Origin: Halocafeteria seosinensis
Taxonomy: Eukaryota
Reading direction: 5' to 3'
NCBI GenBank assembly: GCA_001687465.1
Contig: LVLI01000197.1
Coordinates: forward strand, 1-57,129
Length of the DNA: 57,129 bases
In this document: positions 25,743 through 39,135 of the stretch, one piece after another
How the letters are laid out: every line of letters starts with the position of its first letter
Position numbering within the stretch: the stretch's first letter is position 1
Notes under the pieces: generated by a model
Seen by the model: the letters and a program-made list of their open reading frames with translations, nothing else
Databases searched by the model: none
What the model was told of the DNA's origin: nothing
Position numbers and translations under genes: made by a program

Positions 25743-28700
25743 ATGTCTTCAGTAGAACGGACATCGACAGTATCAGAGCAGAGAGGTAATGAACCTCTTC
25801 TGCACAACTGGAGACAGCGGCGCACTTCGTTTGACCTGGAACTTGGCCCTTACAACCAGGAACGGGGAAAATGCGCTCGATGTTGGAGCTGTTGCTGCCC
25901 ATGTTGTTGCTCTCAGGAGGACTCTCATCATAAAGAGAAGTGCTGGCGAAGGCCACGCGTACAGTGCTGCATTATCACGACTGTCATAGCGCTTGTGCTA
26001 GTAATTGGTAAGGAACTGTGGCTGTGACTCGGTGGTCCGCAACCTAATTGATCACCAGCTTTGTGTTTCGTGTCCTACAGCACTCTTTTTCAGCGCGATA
26101 CCGCTGGCGCGGTATATTGCTCAAAGGGCGATGAATAAAGCAGAGCTTACCATAGGGTCTATGAATTTCTCTAACCCTGGAAAAGATAGCGCCACCTTAT
26201 CAGCTGACCTCGTCGTTGACAATAAAGTCTCCCTTTCAGTACTTCTCTCAGGTATGTGCGTCATCTGGTTCTTACATTGATTGCTCATTTTTCACTTTGG
26301 AAATGCGTCGCTGACAGATGCCACTTTGACTTTGAAGAATCGAAAAGGGAGCGATTTCGGGTCCTTGACAATGCCTGCCGTGAAAGTGCACTCGAGTGGG
26401 AAGACGCACTTTCGAGTGAATACATTACTACAGGTGTCAGACACCAAGCGGTTTGGACAGTTTGCTGCGGAAATATATATGAACGACAGCACTGTTTTAC
26501 AGCTGTCTGGGTCGGCGACAGTTTCGATTAGCCTTGTCTTGGGGGCACACTTTACGCTTTCTGGCATAAACGTAGACAAGAGCGTAACAATCACGGGTGC
26601 ACGTGGATTTCCTGGGAATCGAGTAGAGAGGTTGTCGCTTGCGGCTTCAACGGACCAAAGTGCTCGTGTACAAGGTGTTATCTCGTTCAACAATCCTAGC
26701 ATGACTGGTCTCATGCAGACTACAGGCATCGGGTTTCGTGTGTTCTACAAAGACGAGGAAGTGGGTCAAGTAACAAGTGAAAGTGGGAACATTGTACCAG
26801 GTTGTAACGTGTTGACAATTAGTGGTGAGTTGTACGCAGTGAAGGACAACACAACGAAGCAACGTGTGGTTGACGACCTTGTCTCAAATTACCTGGGCAA
26901 CAGGTCCACTCCTGTTGTTTGCCAGGGGATGCCTATAGAGTCCACAGCGGAGGTTTTGAGGTATGCTTTCCCCAATGTCCTTATCTACTCGCATCTTCCC
27001 CCATGGAACGAATCAGTAATTGAGTCTGTTTCTATAAGTAGCTTGGATATACTGGAAGACGAGACCAGCTCAATGCTATCCGCCCTTCCTGGGGAACAAT
27101 TTGTCTCAATATCGATGAATACTAGTATAACGATTAACAACCCTCTCGGGCGGCATTCAGCAATTGAAGTGGAGGAACTTTTACTTGACATTGAACTGTT
27201 TGGGAATGAGCTAAATGTTGGAGAACTAGTGACGCAGCCTGTTGTTCCCGTGGAACATCGTGAGGGTTCATGGGCTCAAGTTGAGTTGACCCTACAGATT
27301 CACGGAAAGCTTGATATCATCAATCATACCAAAACTTGGGAAAGATTTCTGGATACGTTTTTATCCGCGAAATCTGTCGAGTTAGACATCGTTCCTAGGA
27401 ATGATATGTCGTTTTATATCCGTCTTTCCACGGTTCTAGGGCACCTTGATGTGGATCTCTTGAACCCAATTAAAGCTACTATCCCAGCTATGGACTCGTT
27501 TGGCAACGTTGAGGTACCTTCGCTATCAATTGTCGGGGCGAATGGAGGCGCTAACACGTCACTGGCTACTGAAGTAGAAGTTGTACTGAACAATCCGTCT
27601 GTCGCCACGCTACCCTTGCCCGGAAAGCTCACCCTTGACATTTTAAGTTCTGAAGGAAAATATCTCGGTTCTGCATTTGGAGATGATATTTTCCTACGCC
27701 AAGGAAGGAACATACTTCGTTTGCCGGGAAATCTTTGTCCCTGCGAGGACCACCAGCCTGTGTCAGCATTGTTCTCAAATTACGTAAACGGAAACAATTC
27801 ACGAGTACAAGTTCGTGGCTCGTCCTTGGTAACACACCATGGGCACGCAGCACCCTTGTGGCTACAACACGTGGTACGACATTTGGACATGAATGCTACG
27901 GTAAAGGGTCTGGACGGCTTTCCTGTTGTCGGCAACATTTCCGCTTTTGGGGTTGGCTACTTTTGGGAAGACCTGAATGTTCCAAGATTCTACGGACGCT
28001 TTGAACTCACAGTTTACTTACCCTTTCAGGGCGTCGACGTTAGTTTTGGTGAGGCACCAGATGTCATAGTAGATGTCTTCAATGCGAGCAATGTTCGAGC
28101 GTGCTTTGCCAGAGGGCTCGCACAAACGGACATACACACTTGCCATAATTCAAGTTGGAAAGGGAAAGGAATCACTATTTGCCGCGGATTCTATACGCTT
28201 AATAAGGTACCCTTGACGGTCAAGGATCCTGATGCTTTGGGGAGTGTTCTCCAGTCGGTATATAAAAGCAACACGGACGTACCTGTGATAGTTTCATTCC
28301 GCGCGGAACAAATTGTTGACTTACCGATCGGACGTGTAGTGGTATCCACGAAGCCAATCCATGCCAACATACCTGTGCGCGGAATGCGAAGTCTTAGCCG
28401 CCCACCTCTAGCAGGAAACGATTCTGTGGTAGTCCATGGGTATTCCGATGAACTTATTTTTAACTTGACGTTGCATGCTACCAATCCCTCTCAGACGTTT
28501 GGCTCCTTTGGAGACATCAGAACAGCAGTCTACGCGTTTGGACAAAGGGTAGGTGCAGCGGTGATGAAGAACCTGGTAATCAACCCTGGGTATAACCAGT
28601 TCCTGGGAAGGGGATTACTTCAACCCCCGGTAAATACATCATCTCCAGAGGGGATCGCTGTTCGCCAATTTCTTTCCAACTTTTTCACGAGGAAATCCAC

Positions 28701-29450
28701 AGATATTCAACTTGTTGGAGAAGGGGATATTTCCCCGATTCCCACATTGCAAACCGCCTTCGATTCCACGGTAACCAATGGATCTATTGAGGGAATTCCG
28801 TATCCAATGCTGAATAACGCGACGTTTAACATTTGTACCTTGTCGTTTGAAAAATCGACCATAGAGATCCAAGTAAGTGCACGCGATTTCTTCTTGAAAT
28901 AGTCGACTTTTAGGTATCGTTATTGATCCTGGTACAGATCGATATGTGGAATCCGTTGAATACCGTTTTAGAAGTTTCGCCCGTCAATCTAACGGTATCT
29001 ATATGTAAATTTATGGTTAATGGACTCTGTCCTAGCGAGAATTACTCAGTCATTTTGGGCCAATTCTACGTACGAAGAGGGCAGGATCCTCCAATAATCT
29101 TGCAGCCCTACGAAACCATGTGGACTTCGAAACGACTTGTAAGTTGCTCGTCGAGACCGTCTGGTGTTACCGTCAGTGCAATTTTATTCTCTATGCAGAT
29201 TTACCTGGAGATATCTACCACGCTCCTCATCGACATCATACTGGACGACGCATTTGACGGGTTTATACTTTCTCAAACGAAAGGAACGGTGACTGCACGC
29301 ACACAAAATTTTAGTTACCCGGTGGATTATAATCAGATTGATTTGCCGTTAATTCCGAACCCAACGCTGCCAGAGGCTGAGCATATGCCAAACTGCGATA
29401 TACCGTTTCTGTCACGGCACCGTCGGCGCAGCAAAGCAGTCTATTCTTGA
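25743..29450 (+). CDS. Tag1/DUF3712-like repeated beta-sandwich membrane protein, 5 exons
   Basis: Cys-rich juxtamembrane segment and one N-terminal TM helix, then repeated units ending in NNPS/NNPL..G.N and 'LVSNYLG/LFSNYVNG/FLSNFFT'; introns restore frame. Confidence 0.65.
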
Positions 29451-29681
29451 GCCCGGTTGGCGGTACCTTCTCAGGAGTGTGTAACAGCTATTGCGCTCAC
29501 CAAGATATGTCAGATAATGGCGTGCCCATGTCGAACTAACTGGACGATTGGCACCGTCTTGCACGTGACGCAATTCACAAAGGGAAGGAGTATGCAGCCA
29601 CCGAACTAGGCATTTCCTGAACTCTGCGGTGACATGAAAAGAATTAGATTCATTAGTGAAATTCCACTGGTGCATATTACA

Positions 29682-29695
29682 TGTGTGTGTGTGTG
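29682..29695. repeat. (TG)7 microsatellite
   Basis: tgtgtgtgtgtgtg read directly. Confidence 0.8.
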
Positions 29696-29945
29696 CATTG
29701 TCTTACAATGGTCTGGTTATGCTCAACTAACACATACAGACAGACCACACAAATCATTACAAACACAATATCCACAATACCCAACTAGGCCAATGGTTGA
29801 TTAGGAAGTTTTGTTCCGCAAATTGTTACGTTACTTGACTCGACATTGAATGGGTTGATTTTTCTGTTTTCTAATGCCCCAACCACTTTCCACGGCATGA
29901 CATCTGCACTTTGATATGCATCTACGAAGGTGGTATCATTGAACA

Positions 29946-32900
29946 ATGCCGACCAAGAAATTAGGGAAACGAGGTGGGGGCGCCGCGGCTTCCACAGGGC
30001 ATGAGAGTGGTGGAGAAGCGTCCAATTCGGAAGATCATGGTTCCGATGATGACCAAACCCTCTCTACACAGTCTCATGGATCCCATCAAAGTGCTGGTGA
30101 AAGGAGAAAGCCGCGGCATGTAGGGAAAACGGGGGCAAATGGTGCCAGTCCTCCCCCTCCCAAGCCCAAGAACAAGGGTCGAACCGATGCTCATGGCCAA
30201 ACAAAAGGATCAGGGTCCACACAAACCCCACCAGCCCCTCCTCCCCCTTCATCTGGAGCTGTAGCGAACAGGAAATCAACTGAAACGACCACGAAACAAG
30301 AGAATGAAGGCAACAAATCCCCGTCCTCGACACCTCCTCCGCCGCCTCAACCTGCATCTCGAAGGAAACCAGCTGCAGCGACTACGAAGCAAGAAGAGGA
30401 TGAGGCGAAAACATCACCACAACCTCCTCCTCTACCCGAAGCGACGAAGAAACAAGAGCATGGGGCCAAGAAATCGCCAACGTCACCCCCTCCTCCGCCT
30501 ACCCCTTCGTCTGCAACTCGAAAATCAGCTGCAAGAACCACCAAGAGCCAAGAGAACGAGACGAAAACGTCCCCACCTCCTCCTCCCATCCCTCGGGGGG
30601 CACCAGTCAACAGGTCAGAAGCAACCGCGAAGAAACAAGAGGGCAAGAAATCCGGGGCACCACCGCCACCACCTCCCCGTTCGTCCCGAAAATCAGCCGA
30701 GGCAATGCAGACACAAGAAGACGAGACGAAGAAAGTCCCAGGGTCGCGGCCTTCTCTGGATACGAAAAGTTTATCATCCCAAGGCTCTTTTGAAGAGGCT
30801 GCTAACCAAGAGACGACACAGAGAGAAAGTGACAGGCCTACTACTCCGGATATGCCACCGGAGGAGGAACTACAGAGACGAAAGCACAGTGGAGAAGGCT
30901 CATCCCTCCAGGAAGAGCAATCACATAAAGAAGACCATCAAGACGAGGATGATGAACTCAACAAGGGTACACGAAGCGGCGATTTCACTACGGAAACGCA
31001 GCAACGCAGTGAAGAAGGGGAGGCCACGAACACTCCTTCAGAAAAGGGACGTGTGAAAGCTCCACCACCACCGCCTTCTACTAATGCTGGGGATACTCCG
31101 CCAGGTGCGAGCGGGGCAAGGACCCCACGCTTATCGACTGCACAGCCTGGCGTACCAGCAGCTCCTCCGACAATCCCTCCATCAGGTACTTCTTCTTTGA
31201 CTACCTCAGCTACGTTTCACAATACTCAGCACGATTCAGAGGAGCAAGAACTGACGCATGACTCTACAGTGTCATCGGAAACGGCTCCCTTTGCGAAGAC
31301 ACAGCCACAAAAAGCTCCACCCCCGCCGCCACCTTCATCTTCTGCGACTTCTGGACAGCAACGCAGGCCGCGCTTATCCACAGCCGACCCTGCCGTTCCA
31401 GCGCCACCACCAATCTCGTTGGCAGCAACAGTGTCGGAGGCATCATCTGCCACGCCTGAAGCAGGTCGTGCGATGGCTGCGAGCACCGAAGTTTTATCTG
31501 GGACCACTACAACTACTTCCTCCACAGGGTCAGAGGCATCATCAGTGCTTCCAACAGAGTATCGGAGTGTGCAGCCAAGCACAACGCCCGTTGAATCTGG
31601 GAGTATAAAGCGACCAGCGGCATCACAAAATGCCAGTCATACTGAACCATCTTCGTCCGAAGATGTAGGTTCTGACTCAGCACAAAATCAAGGAGGTGAT
31701 CATAGTCGCATGGACGCTTCGTCCGATACAAACACTAGTGAGACCTCTAAAGAGGACGACATAGATGTTCCGGGAGAGGATGGTGTTTCTGCGCCGTCCT
31801 CATCAAAATCATTGACCCTGTCTTCATCGGCTCAACGTAGAAGAACGTCAGGATTGGAGACCCGTGACAGTGCTTCAGACGATGTTACCAATATTCGCGC
31901 AGATACTGTTGCTGCGTCCTCCTCGGAACTGCCTACTGCTTCGGTTCAGCATAGAAGTTCGTCGCAGTCAGATGCTGCCACCGATTCGACGAAGACGGTC
32001 AATGCCGATGTCGCTGCAGGTTCCTCTGTGGATAATTCAGCAGAATCTAAGTCAGTACGACCAGAGGCTTTAGATGTTCAGGACCGATATGCCTCTGGTG
32101 CTGGAGAGTCTGGTCCTGACCATACCCAGCGGGCAGCGTCGACTCATGGTGTTGCTTCCAGGGAAGAGGCAATCGACGCGCACGGAACAAGTTCATCAGG
32201 GTTTCAGGAGGAAACTTCCGCTAATACTGGAGAGGCTGGTCGTGACAATACACGCTCATCAACATGGGCTCAAAGCGTTGTTTCCAGTGACCAGCAAAGT
32301 GCCGTACATGAAGCGACGGCCTCAGGCTTCAAAGAGGAAACTAGCGGCAGTACTGAAGAGTCTGGTCCTGCTGCTAGTGCTTCCAGTGACCAGTCGGACA
32401 CGCAGAGTGGAAGTGTTCGTAGTAGCGGAGAGGCTGCTCCTGGCCGTACACACTCGTCAGCGCCCGCTCGCAGGGTTGCCTCATGTGAGCAGCCAAGCGC
32501 CGTGCACGAAACGAATTCTTCAGTTCCGCATGCGGAAACCGTTGAGAGTACGTCTGGTCCTACTCATAGCCCTGCCTCCAGGGAACATTTAAGTGCGCTC
32601 CACGAAACGGAATTTTCGGGCTCTCAAGGCGAAATCGTCGGTAGTACTGGAGAGGCAAGTCATGGCCGTACACGCTCGTCGGGATCAACTCATAGTGCTG
32701 CTGCTGGTGAACAGGCGAGTACCGTCCACGAAGCTGAATTTTCGAGCTCGGAGGTGGGAGCTGTCGGTAGAACTCCAGACTCTGACCCTCCACATAGTGC
32801 TGCCACCACTGTAGAGGCGAGTGCCTTGCATGAAGCGACTTCTTCGGGCTCTCAGACGGAAGTTGCCACTAGACCTGGAGATTCTGCTCCTGGCTATACG

Positions 32901-35900
32901 CACTTTTCAGGGTCAACTCATAGTGGTACTTCCAGGGAACAGCCGAGTGCTGGTCACGAAGCGGATTTTTCGCGCTCTCAGACGGAAGCTCTTGGCAGTA
33001 CTGGAGAGTCTTTTCCTTCTCATAGTGCTGCGTCCAATGAAGTGGTAAATACTGTGGGCCAACGGAATTCTCCGGTCTCTCAAGGGGAAACTGTGGGCGG
33101 TACTGGAGAGTCTGGCACTGTCCATACACGCTCTTCGGGATTGACTAACAGTGTAGCTTTCAGTGAACAACCAAGTTCCGTCCATGAATCGCAGTTTTTG
33201 GGCTCTCAAGAGGGAATCGTTGGCAGTACTGGAGGATCGGATCTTGACCACGCACACTCATCCCATGAACATGCGAGTGCTGCACATAAAACAGATCCTA
33301 GTGCACGTCGAACTTTCTCTCGGACGAATATGAAAGGAATGATAAAACGTCTAAGTACGCACGTGAGAGAAGCATCATCTGAGTTGGATTCGGGTGGTAA
33401 TTTAATCCTCGAAACCACCAGGTGCATTGCTCCTACACTGAGCACCCTTACTCCCAGAGGTGCCGTTGAAAGTAACCACTCTGAGAACAGATCTGCTGAT
33501 AGGCTTTCTGTAGCTTCAAAGGATAAACACTTGCATCCCCACCCTGATGCCCTTGCGCGCTCAACAACGATAGCCACGCAAGACTCCGAGAGAATTGATA
33601 GTCCAGAAGAAACTTTATTTGCCGAAGGTGTGAACAGTCCTACTGGGAAAGGCGAGTTGCGTTCCAATAGTAGACGCAATCTTAACACGGATGGAAGAGG
33701 TTCAATGCCTGAGTTCAGGGCCAGCAACACCGTATCTGGTGCGTTGGAAAGGCAAAGCATTCACGGAACGCGTCCCTTCGACGGTCAGTTGATGCACTCA
33801 AATGTTGAAGGATCACGAATTTCTGGGAAACAGGAGCCAGAGGACAAAAGGCCATTGACTTCGCCTGCTAGGGGAGGCTTACAAACAGGAGGAAGTATCT
33901 ACCAGTCTGCCCGGTATCTTCCCGGCACTGGAGTAAGTTTTAGTGAAACTGTGACGGACTTATATTCGGGGAGGGGTGACGCTAGCACTCAAGGATCATC
34001 TCGCCCATCAAGGGGTAAAATTCCCTCGGTTTCGTTTGGTCAGGATACCAGTTCGATAAGTGACACAATGGCGGGGGACAGTACAAGCCATTCACTTACC
34101 TTGGAAGGTAAGAGTTCGGCACTTCAATTTGCTTCTTTTTCTTATGAAATGGATCTACCGGGTGTTCTATGTGTGATTGTTCTTGACAGATTCTGATTCT
34201 GATGATGATGTTGTTGATGATGATAACCCTTTCGGCCTCTCTATGTTTTCTAGGGACCACAAGGAAGATTTCAGCACGATGGTTGCTTCCGTTGAAGAAT
34301 TTAGAGAACAACAGAAAAGGCGACCAAGCTTTCTGCCTGAAGTGGTTCCTGAAGAGAACGATGAAGATGAGATCACAGAAGAACATCATATAGCGGATCA
34401 GTCACAGGAACATGAGCATAATACGTCCCTGGACGATTTGCACTTCGAGAGTGCTCACAATAGCCCTGGCGGCATTCCATTAGTACAGAAGGACGCGGAA
34501 CTAGACTACGCGATTTGGAATGCCAGTGAAGAAGTCCAGTCATTGTTCAACCGCTTAGCACACCGGGAGTCGGTGTTTTCAAAATTCGAAAGTATCACTA
34601 AGTCTATATCCGATAAGGAGGCACGAATTGCTCAACAACAAGATCGGATTCGGTTACTACAGGCTGTCCTCAACGGGGACACAGTCACACTTTCTAACAG
34701 ACTGCAAGAAAAACTTTTGCTGCTTAGAGTGAGGAGAATTGACGCTGACGCCATAGCAGCAGCGAATCAGTTGGCCCAGGTTGAGCATGCATACTACAAT
34801 GGGCACCCTAAATACAACCGTGAAGCGTTGTTGAATGCATTGTGGGAAGCTAAAGACGAATTTCTTAGCTATTGCCGTAAAGCATTTTTTGAGGAAAAAA
34901 AGCTTTTGCGAAAGCAGCAAATGGAACACGAGCAAAAGTTCCAAAAGCTCGTTCAAGATTGCGAAAAGCAAGTACAGCAACATATCGAGGAAAGGGACAT
35001 TGTAAATCGGCGTTTGGTTGACCTTAAGCAGCAAGTTCAGACGAAGCGAGAGCACCTGGATAAAGCCACGAACTTGCGGAACCGCATTCGAAATCAGCTT
35101 AATTCGTTTCGCGACATGTTACGACAAACGGTGCAGGAAGACGATCAAAGACTTGAACAATTGTCTCAGCAACTGACTGGCGCCAGTGCGGGATCGAGTG
35201 ACAACCAGTCGCTATCCACGATGCCCTCGGCTCTTAGAGAAGTTGAAGAGCGAGCCCGTAAACAAGCCAAGCAGCAATACATAAGGGAACTGAATGCAGT
35301 CCGGAAACAAAATGAGGATGCTTTGGAGCGTCGTCAGGCCTTTATCGGACAATTTCAGAAAAATCTGCAAGAACAGTACTCATTGAGGACACAACGGGCC
35401 TTGAAGGAACTACGCCAGGAGCGGAAAGAAGAAGAGGCCACGGTGGCAGCTCTTGAGAGGAGATTGGATGAAGTCCGGATGCTCAATCATCATGCCCAGC
35501 GGAGATTGAAGAGCCTGCAAGTACACCGAGATGTGGGACGGCTGTCTGATGAGGACAAGAAAAAAGCGCTGATGCGTGAAACGGAAGACTTACGAAATGC
35601 CCTACGCTACGCATGGCAGACTCACAACATGTCCTCAACTAAAGTTCGGGAGTTTTTCAAGACGCTAATTTCTAGACTGCCTTACAGCGGTGACGCCGAT
35701 GAAGCTATGCGGCAGCTCTCGTTTCGGTTGCATTCGCGGATACCACTCATCTCTTTGACTTCGCAATTGGATAGTGTAGGAAGGGAACTTGACATAGGTG
35801 GGAGTAGGTATTCAGACAGAAGTCCGTTATATCAGAGTCTTCGACAACGGTATAATAGTATAAGAGAGAAGTTGAAGAAGGGATATGAATCGTTCAAGGA

Positions 35901-35982
35901 AACCTATGGCACTGATATTATTGTGAATGGTGAACCATTGCAAGACTACCTATGGCGGCGACATCGGATTGACCTGCCTTAA
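29946..35982 (+). CDS. Large (~1980 aa) protein: polyproline-rich N-terminus, Ser/Gly/His/Glu-rich tandem repeats, C-terminal coiled coil; intron 34108-34189
   Basis: The 1416-aa and 601-aa ORFs join in frame via an 82-nt GT-AG intron. Many PPPPP tracts; heptad-rich E/Q/R/K C-terminus. Confidence 0.8.
32095..33300 (+). repeat. Coding tandem repeat, ~11 degenerate units, mostly ~42 and ~34 aa
   Basis: Recurrent TGE(S/A)..H(T)..SSG.THS..S.EQ.S..HE..FS.SQ.E..GS in the translation. Confidence 0.8.
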
Positions 35983-36129
35983 TGGTGTAGCAATTCGGGA
36001 GTTTCCTCAAGTTTGAAAATATACAAGTGTACTCCAACATCTGGAACTAGTTAACTCAGCACTGCCGTTGTCTTGAAGTCACGTGACGATGTATCCCAGG
36101 TATACTAAAATCTCTGTAATAGAAGCCTA

Positions 36130-37576
36130 TCAATACCCTGGACTTCTTCCAGAAATCTCCCATACATCTAATATCTCGCCGTTGCGATGGACTGCAAAAA
36201 AATCATGATGATTGCAGCAGGGGTCACAATGTCCCGGCACAAGCTGCACCTTTTCACCGAGTGCTGGAAGGTTATTCTCCGAAAACCACGAAAGGTCTTC
36301 AAGCAATTCTGTATCGGTTTGCCCTCGAGAATTCTTGATTTGCTCTTTAGCGCTGTGGAATCTCGCCGAGCCGGTATTGACTAAAACAGTAGCATGCTCG
36401 TCGGTCAACTGACCAAACCGCAATACACCCAGCGCGCCATCGGCATCTGCTGCAGCTGGATCCTGCGTAAGCGCTTCAGCTTCATCTTTCAAAACGGGTG
36501 GCCCACTGTCAATGCTAGTAGCTTTTAGGCCAAGGTCTAGCACCACATACCCACCTTGAACATTGCGGCTCATAACTGTGGCGTACAGCAATAGTGAGTA
36601 CTTCCAGCCACCTTGCTCGACTCTCCCCCAAAGTTGCTTCCCATCTGTTCCCAGGTTTCGAGAGTAGTCGGCATCATTCACAACGTAGGAACCAGGTTGG
36701 ACTTCTGTGAAAATACCGGAAGATGCCTCTAAAGGATAAGTTCCCGTTCCTCCTCCAGTTACAACGTCGCATGGTAGTCCAGCTTCCTTGAACAAACGTA
36801 TCGCTTCTTTTGTTTTTCGTACCACTTGGTCGATCGTTTTGACTCTATCTTCATAAGCACGAATATGCTGCGCTGCCCCATGGTACGCTTGAATACCTTT
36901 CAGATTAAGACCAGAAGCGCTGTGGATTGTCTTGGCCAATTCCACGGCATCCTTGGGTGTCGCCACTCCACATCGTTTCTGTCCCACATCCATTTCCACG
37001 ACGGCGTCAATGCTTCTTCCGGAGGCCATCTCCTGAATTACCTTCGACAATTCAGCAACGTTTTCGCTATTATCGACAACGACTCGAACGTGAGCGTCGT
37101 GGTCTGTGGCTAGTCGAACGATGCGTTCCAGTTTGGATCGTCCAACCACTTCATTGGAGATGAACACATCTTTCACTCCACCCCATACCATCGCTTCAGC
37201 TTCTATGACCTGCAGTACGGAAGTTAGGAGGAGTCTAAACTTACGACAAAGACTTCCTCAACTCACTCACTTTCTGACAGCAAACTCCCGTCGTTCGTCC
37301 CCGGGATAATTGGATCTGTCGCTTAGCTAATTCAGGGCATTTATGTGTCTTTACATGGGGACGAATCTGCACGTCCGGATAGTCTTGAATTCGGCGAATA
37401 CACTCGTGGATGTTGTAGTCGACATCATCCAGATCCAGCAGAAGTGTGGGGGTGTCCACGTCTTGAATGGACTGACCAATGCGAGCTGGAAAACGGCGAT
37501 ACACAGGTTTGACCATGCCATCCTTCTGGGACACTACCGTATCCATGAGCGAATGCCCAGTCGAGTAACTCGTCAT
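36130..37576 (-). CDS. PLP-dependent fold-type III enzyme, D-threonine aldolase / DSD1 family; intron ~37210-37269
   Basis: DTPTLLLDLD, RPHVKTHKC (Schiff-base Lys), CQK|VIEAEAM, RCGV, QAYHGAAQH, TGGGTGT, EVQPGSYV..D.DY, DEH, PGHCDP. Start Met is inferred. Confidence 0.9.
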
Positions 37577-37598
37577 CGTGCGGTGAGGACGAATCCTG

Positions 37599-38708
37599 GA
37601 TTGGAGACTTGTGGGAATCGCAACCAACGAACGGTACTTGAACAGATGCGGTCGGATCTTCTGTAGTCGTCGCATACACAATGATAGTAGTAGTCAAAAG
37701 AGTTTTCAGAATTTTGAGTTAGACGTAGTGTAGTACTTGTACAACAATCTCTAACTGTGGATCACTAGTAACGAGGTGGGTATTGACTTGATGGTGGGTG
37801 CTGCTAATGTTCAATCTTCAACTGAGCTAGGATGCACACGCAATTGTCGGTCGAACTCAAAACTTCGCCATTATCACCCGCAGTGCTGCTAGCTCAGTTA
37901 ACGGATGCATTTGTGGTGCTACTTTGGTCTTGTTCCTGTGGGCCTCGAGCGATCATCAGCTGAGCCACAGAACAGAATCCGTACCATTGGGGGACTCGCG
38001 TTCTATAAGCTTGCATTGATCCTTCAGAACGTAAAATTTTGACTTCAATGTACATGAGGGAATGTTCCAAACTTCTAATGTCATCCTTCGGAAGGAAAGA
38101 AATACTACCGATCGTTGCTTCTTCTCCAAGCACGTACAGTATGCCAAGCCACAGATGCATGGCGATATCCCTTCCATATCCATAGTATCTGAACGAAACC
38201 ACCCAAGAATAGAAAAGCATCACGAGGGGGATAGAGCAAACAGTTAGCTAGAATTTTTGTCAGCGTCCGCAGACTTACCTGAAGATTGTACAAGGATACG
38301 AGAATCTGTCTGCCCAGACCATCGTTTGCAATTGCAAAACGGCAACTTGGATCTACACTCAATGATAGCATCTTTCTCTTCTGGTCATAAAACCTAAACA
38401 TTTTTTCTAAGCGGAAGCACGGCTCTCGAGGCTGGTCTGTGGTTGAGCGATCTGCAGTAGATTCGTGAGTTTGTACCTATTTCACTCAGGACTTCGTATT
38501 CCAAAGCACTGCTAACACATAGTGTGTCATCTTCTGCTGAACATGCTCCGTCAGTGGCATAGCCATTTTGTTTTCTGCAATCGCTTCAATGAACAGCTAT
38601 CATACCCAGCACACCATGATGATGCTACACAGACCACGTACTGGTCACTACGCAGTTCCCCTCGTCGGCATTACACCGGTGTCTGGGCGTCTGAGCTCCC
38701 GAAATCGG
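37599..38708 (-). pseudogene. Rearranged partial duplicate of the RAB3GAP2-like locus
   Basis: 37599-38521 matches 43848-44733; 38518-38587 matches ~45086-45153; 38605-38708 is an inverted copy of ~45574-45686. Two 5-nt insertions (cagaa, acagt) frameshift the last exon. Confidence 0.9.
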
Positions 38709-39135
38709 GCAACACAAGTTTTTGTAATATTTTTTTGGCGTACGATTCCGGCCAAACTGTCAGTCACGTTGATGCGCCACAACGTGAAGATGTTGGAGTG
38801 GTTCTGGGTAGGGCTTATCCCTTACACAGCGTGGCCTGTAGCATACCCGTCTTCTGGTGGGAGCAATACTAATGTAGACACACTCAGCAAATTGATATAC
38901 CGCTGTGCAGCGACGATTGCGTCCGAGTCTAGAAAGGTTGTAACAGTTTAATATGGGAAATGGTGAGCATTACTGTACAGTGGGATATACAAATTTTGTA
39001 TTCATTTCGTTAATACTAAGTGCCAACAATCTGTTGGAAGCTTGAATCCTGTTGGTTGAGCTAGTCCAACCTCAAAACCTCCGCTTTTTCTCCCGAGCCG
39101 AGCTGGCGACACCTTCGCAACTAGCCTCAGGTAAC

